From Candidatus Altiarchaeota archaeon (GTDB lineage: Archaea; Altiarchaeota; Altiarchaeia; IMC4; SCGC-AAA252-I15), in the NCBI GenBank assembly GCA_043804895.1, contig JAZDIN010000002.1, positions 1 through 39,928 on the forward strand: a stretch of 39,928 bases of DNA, read 5' to 3'. A model generated the notes under the pieces. It was not told the DNA's origin. It made no database searches and saw only the letters and a list, made by a program, of their open reading frames with translations. A program made the translations under genes and the position numbers. Positions 35,394 to 39,928 of the stretch are shown piece after piece. Numbering within the stretch: the stretch's first letter is position 1; each line of letters opens with the position of its first letter.

Positions 35394-35972
35394 ATGGAAA
35401 AAAACCTCAAATACACTGCAATAATGGTACTATCCTTCATGCTTGGTGGATTCCTCCTGAGCACATACTCATTCATGGCATATTCCATACTCTGGAGCAG
35501 TGAAAGCAACATTTTGGAATATTCAAGAAACAACGTGACAGACGTAAGAGAAACGTCAACCACCCGGTTTGCTAGGGAAGTGCCTGGGCTACCGCCGTTC
35601 ATACCGCGTAGGCTGATGGCGGAGCACATGAATCCCTTTGATATCCTAACCTCCCCCCTGATGATGTTCTGCCTGGTAGGCGGGCTAATATCAATGTCCT
35701 CTGCCCTCTCCATATGGACTCTCACCCACAATAGGGCTATGAGGAAGGTGAAGGAGGATCTGACCGAACTTTATCTAACAGACGAGGAGAAGCAGGTCAT
35801 GGCCAAACTCGGGGCATCAAGCACAGAGATGACTCAGAAGGAGCTCACAGACAGGATGGGATACTCCAGAGTCAAGACGCACAGGATACTGCAGAGGCTC
35901 GAAACTAAAAAACTAATCAGAAAAATACCAAACGGCCAAACCTACAAGATAGTGATTGAGGACAAAACATAG
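35394..35972 (+). CDS. Membrane-anchored winged-helix transcriptional regulator (MarR-like HTH)
   Basis: Two TM helices followed by LTDEEK, MTQKEL, YSRVKTHRILQRLE.K.LI; divergent from the ABC operon. Confidence 0.85.
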   Translation: MEKNLKYTAIMVLSFMLGGFLLSTYSFMAYSILWSSESNILEYSRNNVTDVRETSTTRFAREVPGLPPFIPRRLMAEHMNPFDILTSPLMMFCLVGGLISMSSALSIWTLTHNRAMRKVKEDLTELYLTDEEKQVMAKLGASSTEMTQKELTDRMGYSRVKTHRILQRLETKKLIRKIPNGQTYKIVIEDKT

Positions 35973-36015
35973 CCCCTATCTCTTTATTTATTGATGGCAT
36001 TCCCGGTATATCATA

Positions 36016-37173
36016 ATGCCCAGTTATGTTGTTGGTTCTACTCTACACTCTGGTTTTCCGGACCCGGATGAGAAACGTTTTAGGGGATATGATGCCCAAG
36101 GTAGGTTGGCTGCTGCCATCAACTTCTTCAAACAATTTGGGATTACAGCCGGCGAAGACAACACGTTAAGTACTAACCTCACCCCGGACCAAATAACCTC
36201 CCTCAGCAGCTGGCATAATACCACCACCCCCTCCCCAGGCATTCAGATGGTGGGAGAAGACGGCTTCTACAGGAAAGTCCTCCTCGCAGTATCACTCTGG
36301 CGGCAGCGCGGAGACGACGGCAGCATAAACTATCTGCTCGGCAAGGGCGTTGGCGTGGAGATTGCTCTCCGAGGGGAGGTTCTTGGGCGGCAGAAGAGGC
36401 CAGTAGTCTTCCCCTACCGAAGCCATAGCGACTTCGAAATCTACGGCGTCGATTACGAAAGACATACCACAAATCCCTACACCCCGCAGTTCAGGGAGGT
36501 ACTCGGGGCCCAGGAGACACGGCCTCTAACCGAGACAAAGGGCCTGAGAAACATACCCCCAGACTTACTCCATAACACTGCTGAAGTAGTAAACCTCGGA
36601 GGCCTCAGAATTCTCGTGCCACAGCTTGAACTTTTATTCCTAGACAAATTCATGTCGTCTGAGTCTACGCCACGCCCGGAAGGTACTGACGCCAAACTCT
36701 TAGCTGAACAATACCCCCTCAACCGAGAACTCATACTTGAATATTACGATAAATTCGTTTCCGTGCCACACAAGACTGGAATCGAGTCTGAAGACCAAGA
36801 AAAAACCCTCCAACAACAGCTTGCTGCAATCAGCCGCAATATATGTTGGCTTAAACAAGAGAATCTATCACTGGAGGGGGCTGTCGAGGCCCTCAACAAA
36901 AGGATGGGGAATCTAATAGCCACCACCTCTTCAGTTGTTTATTCTGGCATCGAGAAGAGTCTATGGACCAGCATCACGCCAGACCAAGTCGACGAGGAAG
37001 GCGCCATAAAAGACCAGAAATTTGTCGAGAATCTGCGCGATAAAATTAAAACCCGCAAGCAGACGAGACTAGATGAGGCCGAAATGAAGAGGGTAGAATC
37101 CCTGCAAAAAATAATAGAACTCCTCGACAAAGCGGAAACGGTGGGGAACAGAGCCACAAAAAAGAACTGTTAA
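36016..37173 (+). CDS. Hypothetical protein with a possible nucleotidyltransferase-like core
   Basis: LLGKGVGV...RSHSDFEIY and VPQLELLFLDK...RPEGTDA; helical C-terminus. Confidence 0.65.
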   Translation: MPSYVVGSTLHSGFPDPDEKRFRGYDAQGRLAAAINFFKQFGITAGEDNTLSTNLTPDQITSLSSWHNTTTPSPGIQMVGEDGFYRKVLLAVSLWRQRGDDGSINYLLGKGVGVEIALRGEVLGRQKRPVVFPYRSHSDFEIYGVDYERHTTNPYTPQFREVLGAQETRPLTETKGLRNIPPDLLHNTAEVVNLGGLRILVPQLELLFLDKFMSSESTPRPEGTDAKLLAEQYPLNRELILEYYDKFVSVPHKTGIESEDQEKTLQQQLAAISRNICWLKQENLSLEGAVEALNKRMGNLIATTSSVVYSGIEKSLWTSITPDQVDEEGAIKDQKFVENLRDKIKTRKQTRLDEAEMKRVESLQKIIELLDKAETVGNRATKKNC

Positions 37174-37186
37174 ACCAACACAATGC

Positions 37187-38395
37187 TCAGGCCCACCGTC
37201 TCTTGTACGTGACTTCCCTTCCCCTCGTCTTGGTGTTGAATCTGCCTTTGTCATAGACTATGTTGCCGCCAACTATTGTCGTCTCAGGCCAGCCTTTCAG
37301 GAGCCTGTTTTTGTACGGAGACCACCTACATTTAGTGTACAGTCTGCTGACCATCTTCTCCTCTTCCATGTCGACTATCACCAGGTCAGCGTCGTAACCC
37401 TTCTGGATTACGCCTTTGTTTTTTATCCCAAAGACCCTAGCCGGGTTCTCGCAACAAAGCTTCGCCAATCTACCCAAAGTAAGTTTTCCCTCGTTCACGG
37501 CATTCAACATCAATGGGAGAGTAGTCTCGACTCCAGGGAGTCCGTATGTCGTTGCAGTCTTCTTCTCCTTCAACAGGTGGGGCGCATGGTCCGAACCTAT
37601 CGTGTCAATAAGGCCGGAGTTCACAGCCTTCCACAAGGCAACCTTGTCTCCTTTTGTGTTCAGTGGGGGTTTCACCTTAAACAATTCGCTGTTGTCCTCA
37701 TCCAGGAGCAGATGGTGCGGCGTAGCCTCGCAGGACACGTTTCCTATCTTGTTCTTCCTCAGCCACCTAATCTCATCACTCCTTGTTATATGCGCCAGGT
37801 GTAGCCTCTTCCCAGTCTTACGTGCCAGTTCAACCGCCTGCCTGACCTTATCGCCTTCCGCGTGGGCCATGACCATACGCGAGTTCCTGAACACGCCCTC
37901 AAGCAGCTTTGGGTCGTCAATCCTCATATCCCCTGTCGAATGGTTCATGAAAACCTTCGTCGAGGCGACTCCTTTCACCTTCTTTATCTCGGAGAGATTA
38001 TGCGGCGACGCGCCGAAGTGGAATCCAAAATTCACAACAGACTTCTCCGAGGCCATCCTCCTCTTATAGTTCAAATCATCTAGTGTGAGGGTCGGCGGCT
38101 TATTATTCGGCATATCCAACACCGTCGTCACCCCCCCAGCAGCCGCGGCCTTCGTCCCGGTGTGGAAGTCTTCCTTCTGGGTGAAGCCGGGGTCCCTGAT
38201 GTGGGTGTGCGCGTCAATCATCCCAGGCAGTATTATCCTCCCGCTGCAGTCAATCTCATCGCAGGATATGCTGGGTATCCTATCCTTAACGGATGATATC
38301 CCCCAATCACAGATTAGTACATCCTTCTTAGTTAATCTTCCGCCTATGAGGACTCTTCCGTTGGTCAGCAGTATCTGTCCGCGCGTCTTAACCAA
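37187..38395 (-). CDS. pyrC: Dihydroorotase
   Basis: PGMIDAHTHIRDPG, GGVTTVLDMPN, EATPHHL and GSDHAPH motifs; operon with pyrBI. Confidence 0.93.
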   Translation of the reverse strand: MVKTRGQILLTNGRVLIGGRLTKKDVLICDWGISSVKDRIPSISCDEIDCSGRIILPGMIDAHTHIRDPGFTQKEDFHTGTKAAAAGGVTTVLDMPNNKPPTLTLDDLNYKRRMASEKSVVNFGFHFGASPHNLSEIKKVKGVASTKVFMNHSTGDMRIDDPKLLEGVFRNSRMVMAHAEGDKVRQAVELARKTGKRLHLAHITRSDEIRWLRKNKIGNVSCEATPHHLLLDEDNSELFKVKPPLNTKGDKVALWKAVNSGLIDTIGSDHAPHLLKEKKTATTYGLPGVETTLPLMLNAVNEGKLTLGRLAKLCCENPARVFGIKNKGVIQKGYDADLVIVDMEEEKMVSRLYTKCRWSPYKNRLLKGWPETTIVGGNIVYDKGRFNTKTRGREVTYKRRWA

Positions 38396-38404
38396 TTCAG
38401 CACC

Positions 38405-39855
<1,451 letters not shown>

Positions 39856-39928
39856 TCAACATCCCAGTAGATACTATTCTAGCTTAGTAAAAATAAGGTC
39901 TTATACTGTTTATTTTAGGTTTTCATCC

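Overview
This is archaeal chromosomal DNA, shown by class I LysRS, PCNA, Spt5, Sec61-gamma, L35Ae, NreA and an intron-containing tRNA. The gene repertoire and Thr-rich surface proteins suggest a DPANN/Altiarchaeota-like lineage, which is inference only. Housekeeping content: the por(C/D/A/B) operon, ftsZ-secE-spt5-rpl11-rpl1-rpl10, lysS, pcn, eno, pyrB-pyrI-pyrC, a COG1361/MacB-type ABC cassette and tRNA-Phe(GAA). The window opens in the 3' end of an IS481-like element. Most unusual observations: (1) a full-length class III ribonucleotide reductase homologue that appears to have lost every catalytic motif but keeps its ATP cones and Zn ribbon, and abuts nreA; (2) a 1178-aa protein with three tandem Cdc48/Vps4-like AAA+ modules, acidic non-aromatic pore loops and near-identical DNA shared by modules 2 and 3, set among small membrane-protein genes; (3) a tRNA-Phe locus with a 77-nt structured intron, a duplicated 5' end and dense palindromic flanks; (4) a PheRS beta subunit that stops after its editing domain. 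All family assignments come from motif recognition by eye; no searches were run.
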